From: a virus
Taxonomy: Duplodnaviria; Caudoviricetes
DNA: 64,000 nt
Direction: 5' to 3' (one strand)
Virus record (IMG/VR): IMGVR_UViG_2933632641_000001
Coordinates: 5,513-69,512 of that record
In this document: piece after piece, positions 35,926-44,811 of the stretch
How the letters are laid out: each line of letters opens with the position of its first letter
Position numbering within the stretch: position 1 is the first letter of the stretch
Position numbers and translations under genes: made by a program
The notes under the pieces: generated by a model
Seen by the model: only the letters and a program-made list of their open reading frames with translations
The model's database searches: none
Told to the model about the DNA's origin: nothing

Positions 35926-38238
35926 TTAGGCGGCGAGAGTTGCGGCGTGCTGGGTGTGGGCCCACAGGCCGTGCCCGAGGTTGGACACTTCGCCGCGCTC
36001 CCGTAGCCGCTTGAGGGCGGCCGAGACGGCGTTGGCCTTGACTTCGAAGCCTTCGCTAGCAAGGGCGGCGACGATCTGCTGCCGCTCGAGCGGGCCGCCG
36101 GTCCGCTGCAGGAGAGCCGTGATCCGTTCGGGAAGTCGGGGCGGGACTTCGGAAGCAGCGGCGCGGGCCTTGTTCACGGCCGCGTCAGCCGACTTGCCGC
36201 CTCCACGCCGGATCGCGGGGCGAGGTACGGGGATTTCGTGGGCGTCACTGTCCTCGGCTTCGTTGCCGGGCGGCTCGTCGGCCACGTCCTCGCCGCGCCG
36301 TGCGGCGTCAAGCCAGTCACGGTAGGCGGCGTACCACTTACCGGCCCCGTCGCGGGAGGCGCGCTCCACGCGGTTCTCCGCACCTTCCTCGATCCAGTCG
36401 AGGGGGTCCTCGACAAGGGCGCCTCGGAACATTCCGCCTTTCTCCTCACCAGAGGACAGGTAGCCGAGTCCTTCAGTGCCGGTGCCGTTGGGGAACCTTT
36501 CCGGGATTTGGGAGGGGCTGACGGCGTCGAGGGAACCGCCGAGGGCAAGCCGGTTCGTCTGGTCACCGTCGGTACGCAGTAGGACAACGTTGCCCATGCG
36601 GAGCTGGCCGCGCAGCGTACTGGAGCCGAGTTCGTCGACCTTCGGGTCTTGGAGGACGATCCGGATGCGGACGCCGCATTTGCGGCCCATCTTGGCGATG
36701 TCTGCGGCCATGTCAGCGGCATCGGGGAACTCGCGGAACAGGAAGGCTGCTTCTTCGAGTGTCACGGACAGGATGGCGTCGGGCTGGCCGGGGACGAATG
36801 CTTTGAGACCGCGCCGGGTGCGGCCTTTGTCGTCGGTCCAGCGGTGGGCGGCGTAGCGGGCGGAGCGGCTGAGCATGACGGCGTGGGCAGCTTTGAGGCC
36901 TCGGTAGGCGGCGAGAGCCCCGGCCGCGTAGTAGTCGACGTCGCGAGCCCAGTCGGGGACGGACTGGCCGGATTGGGCGTCGAAGACCCATGACACGATC
37001 CCGTTGTGGCGTTCGATGACCAGCAGTTCATCGAGGAGACGGGACTTGCCGGAGCCGGTGCAGCCGACGATCAGGGAGTGCACCACCCCGGACTTGGGTC
37101 GCCAGAACCGGTAGAGGGCGGGGCTGCCGTCTGCGCGGATTCCGACGGTGGCTTGGCCGGTCTCCGGGTCCAGAACGCGGGTGTTGGTGAACAGGACGCC
37201 GTCCTGCAGTGGATTGCGTTCCATGACGGTGAGTTCGGCGAGGTATGGGCGGCCGGGGACCCCGACGTAGGAGACGCAGGAGGTGTCGACCTGGTAGGCG
37301 GAGACGATGTCTTCGATCTTGAGGGAGCCGACCTGCTTGCCACGTTCGGCGATCACGGTGGCACGCCAGCCGTTATCGGTGTCGACGGCCTCTTCCAGAC
37401 GCGAGCCGGGCAGCTGGCCGCCGCGAGCGGCGATCACCGTTCGCCAGGTGTGCAGCTTCTCCTCGATGCCGGTCAGTTCGACGACCTGCCGGGCGCTGGC
37501 GAATAGGCGGACACGGGCGAGGTTGGGGGCTGCGTCGGGGACCGCGTGGACGGCGACCTGCTGGAGCGGGACGCCGTACAGGGAGGCGACCTGTTCGGCC
37601 GTGACGGACGCGGTCCGACCGGGAAGGGCGACTGCAACACCTTCCCAGGAACCATTGTCGGCGACGACGACCTCGGTCAGGCGGGTGCCAGGGTGCAGGC
37701 CCCGGTCGGCGGTGACATGTTCGGCCCAGGCGGCGATGATCCGTTCCGCGCCGGCCAGCTCCGGGGCCTGATCGCCGCGGCTGCGAAAGCGCCACCACCA
37801 GGTGCCGTAGGTGGCACCCCACATGAGGCCAAGGCCCCAGAAGGCGTTTTGGCCCAGCTCAGGACCGCCAGCGGCAGTAGCCCCGGTCATCAGGGCGGCT
37901 GCCGTAACGGCGCCGGAGATGCCGCAGATGGCATTCCGGCGGGTGGGAAGGGCGCGCTTCCAGCCGATGGACTTCTTGATGAGCGGCAGGTGCAGGGAGA
38001 TCGACGGGAAGCGGGCCCAGGCGGCGGTGCCGCTGACAGCGAGCGCACCGATCACGGCGGCGGTCTTTGTTCCGTCGGGTACGGATGCGAGGGCGTCGGC
38101 GGCCATGCACATCCCGGGCCCGGCCTGGAGGAGAGCCGTCTTGCCCTTGCTCGCCCAGTAGACCCGGCCGACGCTCTTCACCCAGGAGGGCAGCTCCTTG
38201 TTCGCTTCGGTCTTGCTGCGCCGGGTGGTCCGGGCCAT
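35926..38238 (-). CDS. traB: FtsK/SpoIIIE-family conjugative DNA translocase (TraB-like)
   Basis: N-terminal TM helices, GCTGSGKS Walker A, VTLEE Walker B, MGRKCG, C-terminal winged helix. Confidence 0.85.
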   Translation of the reverse strand: MARTTRRSKTEANKELPSWVKSVGRVYWASKGKTALLQAGPGMCMAADALASVPDGTKTAAVIGALAVSGTAAWARFPSISLHLPLIKKSIGWKRALPTRRNAICGISGAVTAAALMTGATAAGGPELGQNAFWGLGLMWGATYGTWWWRFRSRGDQAPELAGAERIIAAWAEHVTADRGLHPGTRLTEVVVADNGSWEGVAVALPGRTASVTAEQVASLYGVPLQQVAVHAVPDAAPNLARVRLFASARQVVELTGIEEKLHTWRTVIAARGGQLPGSRLEEAVDTDNGWRATVIAERGKQVGSLKIEDIVSAYQVDTSCVSYVGVPGRPYLAELTVMERNPLQDGVLFTNTRVLDPETGQATVGIRADGSPALYRFWRPKSGVVHSLIVGCTGSGKSRLLDELLVIERHNGIVSWVFDAQSGQSVPDWARDVDYYAAGALAAYRGLKAAHAVMLSRSARYAAHRWTDDKGRTRRGLKAFVPGQPDAILSVTLEEAAFLFREFPDAADMAADIAKMGRKCGVRIRIVLQDPKVDELGSSTLRGQLRMGNVVLLRTDGDQTNRLALGGSLDAVSPSQIPERFPNGTGTEGLGYLSSGEEKGGMFRGALVEDPLDWIEEGAENRVERASRDGAGKWYAAYRDWLDAARRGEDVADEPPGNEAEDSDAHEIPVPRPAIRRGGGKSADAAVNKARAAASEVPPRLPERITALLQRTGGPLERQQIVAALASEGFEVKANAVSAALKRLRERGEVSNLGHGLWAHTQHAATLAA

Positions 38239-38300
38239 GGCCAGTTCCTCTCTCTCAGGAAGGGCAGGGCCGGCGGAGTTCGCCGGCCCTCACTGCGTGG

Positions 38301-38675
38301 TCAGTCGTTTTCGTAGAAGGCGCCGGCTGCCATGGGGACGGGGGACGCGGCGACGGCGTCTGCGATCGCGCCGTGCTTGCGGTGGGCTGTGACCGCGGCG
38401 CGACCGGCCTGGGCTTGGGCGGCTTCGACGGTGGCTTGGTAGGTGCGGGCAGCGGCCTGCTGACCATGTAGTGCGTCGGCGACTTCCCGGATCTGGTCCG
38501 TGGTGGTCTCGTCGACATCGAGTTCGGCTAGTCCATCGGCGGCGGACAGCGTCCGGTCGGCTAGCAGGTCGATCCGTCCGACGAGCTCGTTCAGGTCCTC
38601 GGCCTGGGCTTCCATCTCGACACGCATCTCGGCGAGAACGCGCAGGAGATCGGCGTGGGTGGTGATGTCCGACAT
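38301..38675 (-). CDS. Helical-hairpin Tra accessory protein
   Basis: 124 aa, helical; paralogous to the C-terminus of 38678-39610. Confidence 0.75.
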   Translation of the reverse strand: MSDITTHADLLRVLAEMRVEMEAQAEDLNELVGRIDLLADRTLSAADGLAELDVDETTTDQIREVADALHGQQAAARTYQATVEAAQAQAGRAAVTAHRKHGAIADAVAASPVPMAAGAFYEND

Positions 38676-38677
38676 GG

Positions 38678-39610
38678 CTACTTCCCTTCGGCGTAGTAGG
38701 CGGCTTCGGCGGGGGTGTCGAGGTCGGCGTCTGCGACGGCCTCGGCGATCGATCCATGGCGGACCTGCGCGCCGGCGGAGGCGACGACCGCGGCTTCGGC
38801 TGCCGCTCGAGATCGTTCGGCGCAGAGGAGGGCGGCGGAGGCCTGGGCTTCCACCAGGTCCTGCAGTTGGGTGACCTCGCCGACGGTTTCGTCGTCCACG
38901 TTGAGGCCGCGGAGTTGGGCGCTGATGCTGTCGAGGCGGCCGGCCAGCTTGGCGTCCTTGTCCGCGATGATGGAGGCGGTGTCGGCGTTGATCTGGCTGA
39001 CGGTGGATACGGCCCGCAGGTAGCGGGTCAGTCCGGCGAGCGAGGTGATCTCGCCGCCCGAGAGGATCGTCATCAGGTCCCTTCCTGTGTCGGGGGTGGC
39101 GCCGCCCTGGACGACGCGGAGGCGTGGTGCGGTCCGCGGTTCGGCGGCCGGATCGCCAACGAGCGGCGGGTACGCCGGCGGCGCGGGGATCATGGCCGCC
39201 TTGGGGCCGGGCACTTGGGGGTCGTTGGCCTTGGCGGATGTGGCCGCAGCCTGCTTGGCGCTCTTGGTGGCGGCTTTGGTGGTGCGGCGGGCGCGGGCCT
39301 TCTGTGCCTCTTCGCGATAGAAGTCGGCGAGGGTCTGCCGGTAAGAGGCCGCAGCGTCTCGGCCCCAGGTGGCACCACCGGCCACGGTGCGGGCGGTGAG
39401 CTTGGCAGCGGTACGCCCGAACGTCGCGGGCGCTCCGGCGGGTTCGGCTGTCTTCGCCTTTCCCTCTGCTGTGGCGGGCTTCTGGGCCGCGACCTTCGCC
39501 ACCGTCTCCTTGTGACGGGGGGTGGCGGCGCCCTTGTGGTCGTCGATGAATCCTTCGATGCCGCGCGCCGCGGCGCTCGCGATCGCTGCCAGCAGGAGCA
39601 GCTCCAGCAC
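38678..39610 (-). CDS. Tra accessory protein (hydrophobic N-terminus, linker, helical hairpin)
   Basis: MLELLLLAAIA; internal RBS plus ATG at 39073. Confidence 0.75.
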   Translation of the reverse strand: MLELLLLAAIASAAARGIEGFIDDHKGAATPRHKETVAKVAAQKPATAEGKAKTAEPAGAPATFGRTAAKLTARTVAGGATWGRDAAASYRQTLADFYREEAQKARARRTTKAATKSAKQAAATSAKANDPQVPGPKAAMIPAPPAYPPLVGDPAAEPRTAPRLRVVQGGATPDTGRDLMTILSGGEITSLAGLTRYLRAVSTVSQINADTASIIADKDAKLAGRLDSISAQLRGLNVDDETVGEVTQLQDLVEAQASAALLCAERSRAAAEAAVVASAGAQVRHGSIAEAVADADLDTPAEAAYYAEGK

Positions 39611-39613
39611 GGC

Positions 39614-40084
39614 TCAGCCCCCCAAGCCGAACAGCTGCGCTACCAGACCGGCGAGGAAGCCGGAGATCAGGCGGAGAGCCCGGTTCAGGAACTCACCCAC
39701 GGGGCCCGGAATGCTCAGCACGAGAACCGGGAGCAGCGCGGCGAGAACCAGGGTGCGGGTCTCGACCTTCCGGGTGACCAGGTCGTTGATGTAGTAGAGG
39801 CCGCACACCAGGCCGGCAACGCCGGTCAGCACGAGCCCGGTCCATGCCCCGACGGCGCTCGTCGCCCAGTCGTTGAGAGCGGTGACGTTGTCCTGCCACC
39901 ACCCGCCGACACCGGAGCTGGCAAGGCCGACGACCGCTGTCGTGATCAGCAGGGCTTGAGCGCGGTCGGTGTGCAGCTTGTTCGTGGCCTTCTTGATGCC
40001 GGGCAGTCGCTCGGCGCAGTAGAGGACTGCGGCGGTGGACGCGCAGGCCCCTGCTGAGGCGACGGAAACCGTCGATTCGAGCAT
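39614..40084 (-). CDS. Multi-pass membrane protein of the tra operon
   Basis: Four or more TM segments; GAGGGGG RBS before ATG 40084. Confidence 0.7.
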   Translation of the reverse strand: MLESTVSVASAGACASTAAVLYCAERLPGIKKATNKLHTDRAQALLITTAVVGLASSGVGGWWQDNVTALNDWATSAVGAWTGLVLTGVAGLVCGLYYINDLVTRKVETRTLVLAALLPVLVLSIPGPVGEFLNRALRLISGFLAGLVAQLFGLGG

Positions 40085-40205
40085 CGGATCTCTCCCCCTC
40101 GGGGTGGTCAGGGTCTTGACGGTGTGTAATCGATGTGGGAGCCTCGCGCGCGCACGCGCGCTGGCGCGACGCGCACGCGTTGAAGGCAGGAAAGTGGAGT
40201 TGGGT

Positions 40206-40229
40206 GTCACTTCGTCACTTCGTCACTTT
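40206..40229. repeat. Tandem 8-bp repeat GTCACTT(C/T) x3
   Basis: Copies at 40206, 40214 and 40222, next to a CG/CA alternating tract at 40146-40179. Confidence 0.7.
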
Positions 40230-40465
40230 CACCGAACGTGACGCAGGCGCCAGTCGTCGAGGGCGGCGGTCAGGTCCGCGTAGGCGCGATCCTGGTCCGC
40301 CGCCGGCAGGTCGAGAATCAGTCCTCGGACCTGATCGAAGGCGGCGTCGGCCACCGCCCGCGGGCCGGCCTGTTCGGCGGTGGTCCGCTTCTGAGCGAAG
40401 TGCCGAGAGCGGTTCGCTGTCCGCCGGTCGCGGCTCCTCAGTCGCGGTGTGCTCTCAGCGGTCAT
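40229..40465 (-). CDS. Hypothetical protein
   Basis: AAAGGAGG RBS. Confidence 0.7.
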   Translation of the reverse strand: MTAESTPRLRSRDRRTANRSRHFAQKRTTAEQAGPRAVADAAFDQVRGLILDLPAADQDRAYADLTAALDDWRLRHVR

Positions 40466-40661
40466 CCTTGGCCTCCTTTACGAATGAGTCGGGCAGGCGT
40501 GCCTTCCGGGTCTGCTTGCCGGGTCTGCGAACGTTCCGCTCGTCGGGGTTACTCGTCGGGGCTTTGACCTGCGGTTTCTTGTCTTCGACTGCTTCCGGCA
40601 GTCTCGGTAGGGTCCAGGGGCTACGGCCGCTGGGCCCTACCGGCTATGCCGGGGTGCGGTT

Positions 40662-41756
40662 CTAGGCGGGTACGGCTTCGGCTTCGCGGGTCTCGATCTC
40701 GCCCCAGATGCGGCGGATGCGTCCTTCGCGGGCCTTGAAGTCGGCTTCGAGGAAGGCGGCATACGCCTGGCGGTAGGAGCGAGGCGGTTCCATCGCGTAG
40801 CGGAGCCACCGCACGACGACCTCGAGCTGCTCGTCGCTGAGAGTCGTCTTGGGCTTCGGGATCTCAACGCCTGCGGCTCGCGCCAGATCCTTGAGGCTCA
40901 TGGCGTCCTCGATGGGGACCTGCTCCACCCCGGGTTCGCTGTCCGTTTCGTCCGGAGTCACGGGAGTCGTGGCCGCGGGCTCGATTTCCGGGATTACCTG
41001 CGTGGCCACCGTGTGGCCACCCTGTTCAGGCGAGGTGCGGCCAATGGCCGTGGCCACGGGGCGTGGCCCGACCGTCAGGAGCTCCCGGGACATGAAGGCC
41101 GCGGCCTTCTCGCCGTGCTGCTTGTCGGCCGCCTCCAGGACATTCTCGGCGTCGGCGCGGGCCTTGCTGATCTTCTTCTGGGCCTTGGTCAAGACCTTGG
41201 CTCGGGCGATCTGCCGCTCCATCTCCGCAAGGTGCTCGGCGGTCTCGCCGACCACGTCAGTGCAGGCCTCGGATGCCAACTGCCGGGCATCCGCCGCAGC
41301 CAGAGCTCGGGCGTTGCGTGCAGCAGCGGACTGGCCTGCGATCCGTGCGGATGTCTCCGCGTCGGCCAGTGCGTTGTCGGCGAAGAGACGCAGGCCCATG
41401 AAGATGGCTGCAGCGGCAGGCACGCCGGCGAAGGCTTGTGCGTGACCGAGGAGCAGCAAGGCGGCTACGGAAGCGCCAAGGGCGAGCGTCGAAATCCCGA
41501 GGAAGACGACCATGCCGATCCTGGAACGCTGCCGGATGGCGACCTCCGACATGCGGATGGAGGCGATCCACAGGGCGTCGTAGACGAGGGCGATCGTCCA
41601 ACCGGCGGCTGTCGCAGCCTCCGCGTCCAGACCGATCCGATGCCCTGCCTGGGGGCCGACGGTCACGGCCGTCAGTACCAGTGCAGCGGCCGTGAAGAGC
41701 TTCTCGAGGATGGCGAAGGCGCTCAGCCTGCCCATCCAGCCTTCGATGCGGTCCAC
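40662..41756 (-). CDS. SpdB-like spread protein (TM, coiled coil, C-terminal HTH-like)
   Basis: About four TM helices with ALVYDALW, long coiled coil; GAAAGGAGG RBS before GTG. Confidence 0.7.
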   Translation of the reverse strand: MDRIEGWMGRLSAFAILEKLFTAAALVLTAVTVGPQAGHRIGLDAEAATAAGWTIALVYDALWIASIRMSEVAIRQRSRIGMVVFLGISTLALGASVAALLLLGHAQAFAGVPAAAAIFMGLRLFADNALADAETSARIAGQSAAARNARALAAADARQLASEACTDVVGETAEHLAEMERQIARAKVLTKAQKKISKARADAENVLEAADKQHGEKAAAFMSRELLTVGPRPVATAIGRTSPEQGGHTVATQVIPEIEPAATTPVTPDETDSEPGVEQVPIEDAMSLKDLARAAGVEIPKPKTTLSDEQLEVVVRWLRYAMEPPRSYRQAYAAFLEADFKAREGRIRRIWGEIETREAEAVPA

Positions 41757-41787
41757 TGTTCCTCCTTTCAAGTGAGGCTGGTCGCTA

Positions 41788-42015
41788 TCAGGCGACGTCG
41801 GCGAGCGGCTGGTCGTCGAGCTCCGCCAGGAGGCTGCTGGAACGCCGGTTCTCGGCGTCGTAGGCGCTGGCCTCGAGCCAGACTTCGGCGGCGGTGTCGA
41901 GGTCACTGCGGTGGATGGCGGCGAAGTAGCGGGCCTTGATGTCCTGGCGGACCTGGTGCTCGGCCCAAGCGGACTCGGTCTCGAGCGGCGTCTTGATCAG
42001 GATGAAGGTCGGCAT
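41788..42015 (-). CDS. Hypothetical protein
   Basis: GGAAGGA RBS. Confidence 0.65.
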   Translation of the reverse strand: MPTFILIKTPLETESAWAEHQVRQDIKARYFAAIHRSDLDTAAEVWLEASAYDAENRRSSSLLAELDDQPLADVA

Positions 42016-42046
42016 GACGGTGGTCCTTCCGTTGGTCAGGCGGGGG

Positions 42047-42214
42047 CTAGCGGTAGGTGTGGGGCCGGGCTGCGGTGGCGGAGCCGAGCTGGTCGCGCTG
42101 GGCGCCGGCGGACTCGGCGCGCTGGGCCTGCGCCGCCCGGTACTCGGCGTTGCAGTCCGCGGGTGTTGCCGGCTGGTCGATGATGCTGTGGCCCGACGGG
42201 GCGGAAGCGGCCAT
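42047..42214 (-). CDS. 55-aa protein not on the ORF track (MAASAPSGHSIIDQPATPADC...)
   Basis: TGATG coupling to the upstream small ORF. Confidence 0.55.
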   Translation of the reverse strand: MAASAPSGHSIIDQPATPADCNAEYRAAQAQRAESAGAQRDQLGSATAARPHTYR

Positions 42215-42381
42215 CAGGCGGCGCTCGACTGGCGGCGGACGTAGGAGGCGGCGCGGCGGGTGTCCTCGTCGAGTGCTTCGATCCGGCGGACGCGGGCCAG
42301 AGCCTCATCCATCGACGGGTCGGAGTCGGCGGCGACGAGACGCCGGGCCGGGGTGGGCTGGGTGGTGAGCGTGCTGGCCAT
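42214..42381 (-). CDS. 55-aa protein not on the ORF track (MASTLTTQPTPARRL...)
   Basis: GGAGG RBS; TGATG coupling to the HTH gene. Confidence 0.55.
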   Translation of the reverse strand: MASTLTTQPTPARRLVAADSDPSMDEALARVRRIEALDEDTRRAASYVRRQSSAA

Positions 42382-42632
42382 CAGGCCACCTCCGTCTGCA
42401 TCGGGGAGACGAGCGATCCGGACAGGTACTCGGCGACCGCCGACTCAGGGACGCGGTAGCCGCGGGGGCGGATCTTGCCGCCGCCGTTGCAATGTGCGGG
42501 CAGGCGACCGGCGGCGATCAGGTTGTAGACGGTGGAGCGAGAGACCCGAAGCCGCAGGGCGACCTCGGAGGCGTTCAGGAACTCGGGCGGTTCGGTGGCC
42601 ACGTTCTCCGCGGCCGGGGTCTCGTGGCGCAT
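42381..42632 (-). CDS. Excisionase-like HTH protein
   Basis: FLNASEVALRLRVSRSTVYNLIAAGRL...YRVPESAVAEYL. Confidence 0.8.
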   Translation of the reverse strand: MRHETPAAENVATEPPEFLNASEVALRLRVSRSTVYNLIAAGRLPAHCNGGGKIRPRGYRVPESAVAEYLSGSLVSPMQTEVA

Positions 42633-42671
42633 GGACGCTCCCGGAGAAGGCATGAGTGGGGTACCGCTTTC

Positions 42672-42731
42672 AACTTCCACGTGGAAGTTTTCTGCGTGCT
42701 CCAAGAGTGCGCCAACTTCCACGTAGAAGTC
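42672..42731. promoter_or_regulatory. Two operators upstream of the tra operon
   Basis: Perfect palindrome AACTTCCACGTGGAAGTT (42672-42689) and AACTTCCACGTAGAAGTC (42714-42731). Confidence 0.8.
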
Positions 42732-42799
42732 AACGAGAATCGGCGTCGAAAACACGAAAAGGCCCCCACCCGGATGGGTAGGGGCCGCGTCTTTGCAGG

Positions 42800-43552
42800 T
42801 CAGGCTGGAATCACGTACTCGAGGACGTAGCTGGCCGAGTCGAGGACCATCTCGTTCACCTCGACGATGCGACCGCTCTCCTCGGCCGCGAAGCGGTGGA
42901 TCTCGATCACAGGAGTACCTCGGGCGATATCCAACTGCTCCTTCTCCTCCTTGTTCGGCATCCGAGATCTCACCTCTTCGCGAAAGAGTGTCGGCCCGTG
43001 CCCGAGTTCCTCAAGGCGCGCGTACACCCCACCCCTGCCCGTGTCCTCCGCGGCGATCTCCGTGCCGTCGGCAATGTCGGCAGGAATGTACGAGGTCGCC
43101 TTGAGGACAGGCTTACCCTCCACGGCGTATCGGCGGCGGCGCCTCCAGATTGGGGTGCCCTGCGGCACGCCGAGCATGGCCGCGACCCGCTCGTCTGCGT
43201 CGACTCGCTCCACCCGAAGATCCAGAAGCGTCGGCTCTTTGTCAACGATGTCGGCACTCCACATGGATCTGCCAGCCCCCCAGACCTCCCGGGACAGACG
43301 TTGATTCGCTGGGCGGCGGATGCGCTCGAACTTGCGCACCTTGGTTGGCGCACCCTGGCTCGTGTGAGTCAGGCCTTCATCGCGGAGGACTTGGAGCGCC
43401 TTCCATGCGGTGTCTCGGCTGACGCCGTGCTGCGCCATGAGCTCCTTCTCGCCGGGGACCTTGGCGCCTGGGGGCAGCTCGCCACTCTCGATGCGGGCAC
43501 GGAGTTCGTCGGCAATCGCTTCGTATCCGACGTCACGCTTCTTGCTGGTCAA
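42800..43552 (-). CDS. GntR/UTRA repressor (KorSA/TraR-like)
   Basis: IADELRARIESGELPPGAKVPGEKELMAQHGVSRDT plus UTRA domain; TTG start with GGAGG RBS. Confidence 0.9.
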   Translation of the reverse strand: MTSKKRDVGYEAIADELRARIESGELPPGAKVPGEKELMAQHGVSRDTAWKALQVLRDEGLTHTSQGAPTKVRKFERIRRPANQRLSREVWGAGRSMWSADIVDKEPTLLDLRVERVDADERVAAMLGVPQGTPIWRRRRRYAVEGKPVLKATSYIPADIADGTEIAAEDTGRGGVYARLEELGHGPTLFREEVRSRMPNKEEKEQLDIARGTPVIEIHRFAAEESGRIVEVNEMVLDSASYVLEYVIPA

Positions 43553-43621
43553 GGCACCTCCCGGCGGGATCCTACTCGTGGGCAGTTGAGGCGCCGGCCC
43601 CGCAGAACTACCGAACGGCTT

Positions 43622-43761
43622 GACTTCCACGTAGAAGTTGGGGACCGTTTATTCCAGTAGTTCCACCGGTACTCACAGCCACTGACCTGCGATATGCATG
43701 CCAGCGGGCTATGCCTGCCTGCCCTCTCGACCACTGTACGCAGAACCTCCACGTGGAACGA
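43622..43761. promoter_or_regulatory. Two further operator copies upstream of the GntR gene
   Basis: GACTTCCACGTAGAAGTT (43622-43639) and degenerate AACCTCCACGTGGAACGA (43744-43761). Confidence 0.7.
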
Positions 43762-43796
43762 GGGTCGGGGGCGGGCGACGCGATAGGAGTCAGGCG

Positions 43797-43980
43797 ATGA
43801 CGCAAGCTCCGCAGGGGCGAACAGTGCTCTACCGGCACTTCGCCGCTGACGGAGCACTTTTCTGCGTCGGGATCTCACACGACCCGAACGCCCGCTTCGA
43901 AGTGCACCTCGGCTGCACCACGCGCACTCACCAAACGGCGTGGCGGAGGCTTCTTCGTCAGGTAGCCGTTCAACAGAACG
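43797..43980 (+). pseudogene. Degenerate GIY-YIG remnant
   Basis: RTVLYRHFAADGALFCVGISHDPNARFEVH resembles the 33606 N-terminus, has YIG changed to CVG and no C-terminal half. Confidence 0.55.
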
Positions 43981-44035
43981 GCCGGGCGGTCATCACCCGC
44001 CCGGCCTGTTCAACCAGCGAGTCATCACCTCGCTG
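43980..44035 (+). promoter_or_regulatory. Twin hairpins with identical TCATCAC loops
   Basis: 10-bp stem 43980-44006 and 7-bp stem 44015-44035. Confidence 0.65.
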
Positions 44036-44070
44036 ATCAAGAGAGTCCAACCTCGAAGAAGGAGTTCTCG

Positions 44071-44451
44071 ATGACCACTGTACTGCCCGAGGCGGCAGAC
44101 GTCCCTGTGCCCGCCGTCACCAGTGCCGGGCAGGCGTGTCCGTCATGGTGTCGCGAAGTGCACGGTCCGGGGGTGACGGGGTGGTTGGCAACGCACCAGT
44201 CAACGCAGTACGGCCTCGCGAACCCGGCTCCGCTGGAGGGTTATCCCGAGGTCATGCTGCGAACGCAGCTGACCAGGGTCGAGCGCTGCGACCAGGCAAG
44301 CCGCACGGTGCTCTACATCGCCGGCGATGGGGACGTGGAGCTCACGGCGGACGAGGCGGACGTGTTCATCCTCCAGGCGCAGGCCTTCGTTGACACCCTG
44401 CGCGTTCTGCGCCGGCAGATGGGTGGGGATCGGGCCGCGCTCAGCTCCTGA
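44071..44451 (+). CDS. DUF6907-like protein
   Basis: CPSWC...H...H...ELTADEAD; AAGGAG RBS. Confidence 0.75.
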   Translation: MTTVLPEAADVPVPAVTSAGQACPSWCREVHGPGVTGWLATHQSTQYGLANPAPLEGYPEVMLRTQLTRVERCDQASRTVLYIAGDGDVELTADEADVFILQAQAFVDTLRVLRRQMGGDRAALSS

Positions 44452-44466
44452 CCCTGATCGCACGGG

Positions 44467-44496
44467 AGGGCCCCCACCGTGATGGTGGGGGCCCTT
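44467..44496. terminator. Terminator between convergent genes
   Basis: AGGGCCCCCACC-GTGAT-GGTGGGGGCCCT. Confidence 0.75.
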
Positions 44497-44538
44497 CGTC
44501 ATGCCACCCGACGTGGCGGGGCTTCTTCGTTGCCCTGG

Positions 44539-44811
44539 TCAGGCCTGGTCGGGCCTCGGGATCAGCTCGGCCTCGGTCATCCATGCCCGGAGCTGGCTGC
44601 TGGACGGGAACACCTTCGCGGGTCCGGATCCGTTGGGGGTGATGGAGTCGCGCCGCTTGATGGCGGCCTCGACTTCGGGCGCGTAGAGCGTCTGCCAGCG
44701 GGCGAGTTCGTGCTGGTCGGGGCCGGGGACGGCGCGGAGGTGCGTCTCGAGCTTGGCGACCAGCTGGGTGTAGCTGTCGGCGAGTTGGGTTCGGTTGTCG
44801 GCCTGGGTCAT
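44539..44811 (-). CDS. Hypothetical protein
   Basis: GC3-rich ORF lying between two terminators. Confidence 0.55.
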   Translation of the reverse strand: MTQADNRTQLADSYTQLVAKLETHLRAVPGPDQHELARWQTLYAPEVEAAIKRRDSITPNGSGPAKVFPSSSQLRAWMTEAELIPRPDQA

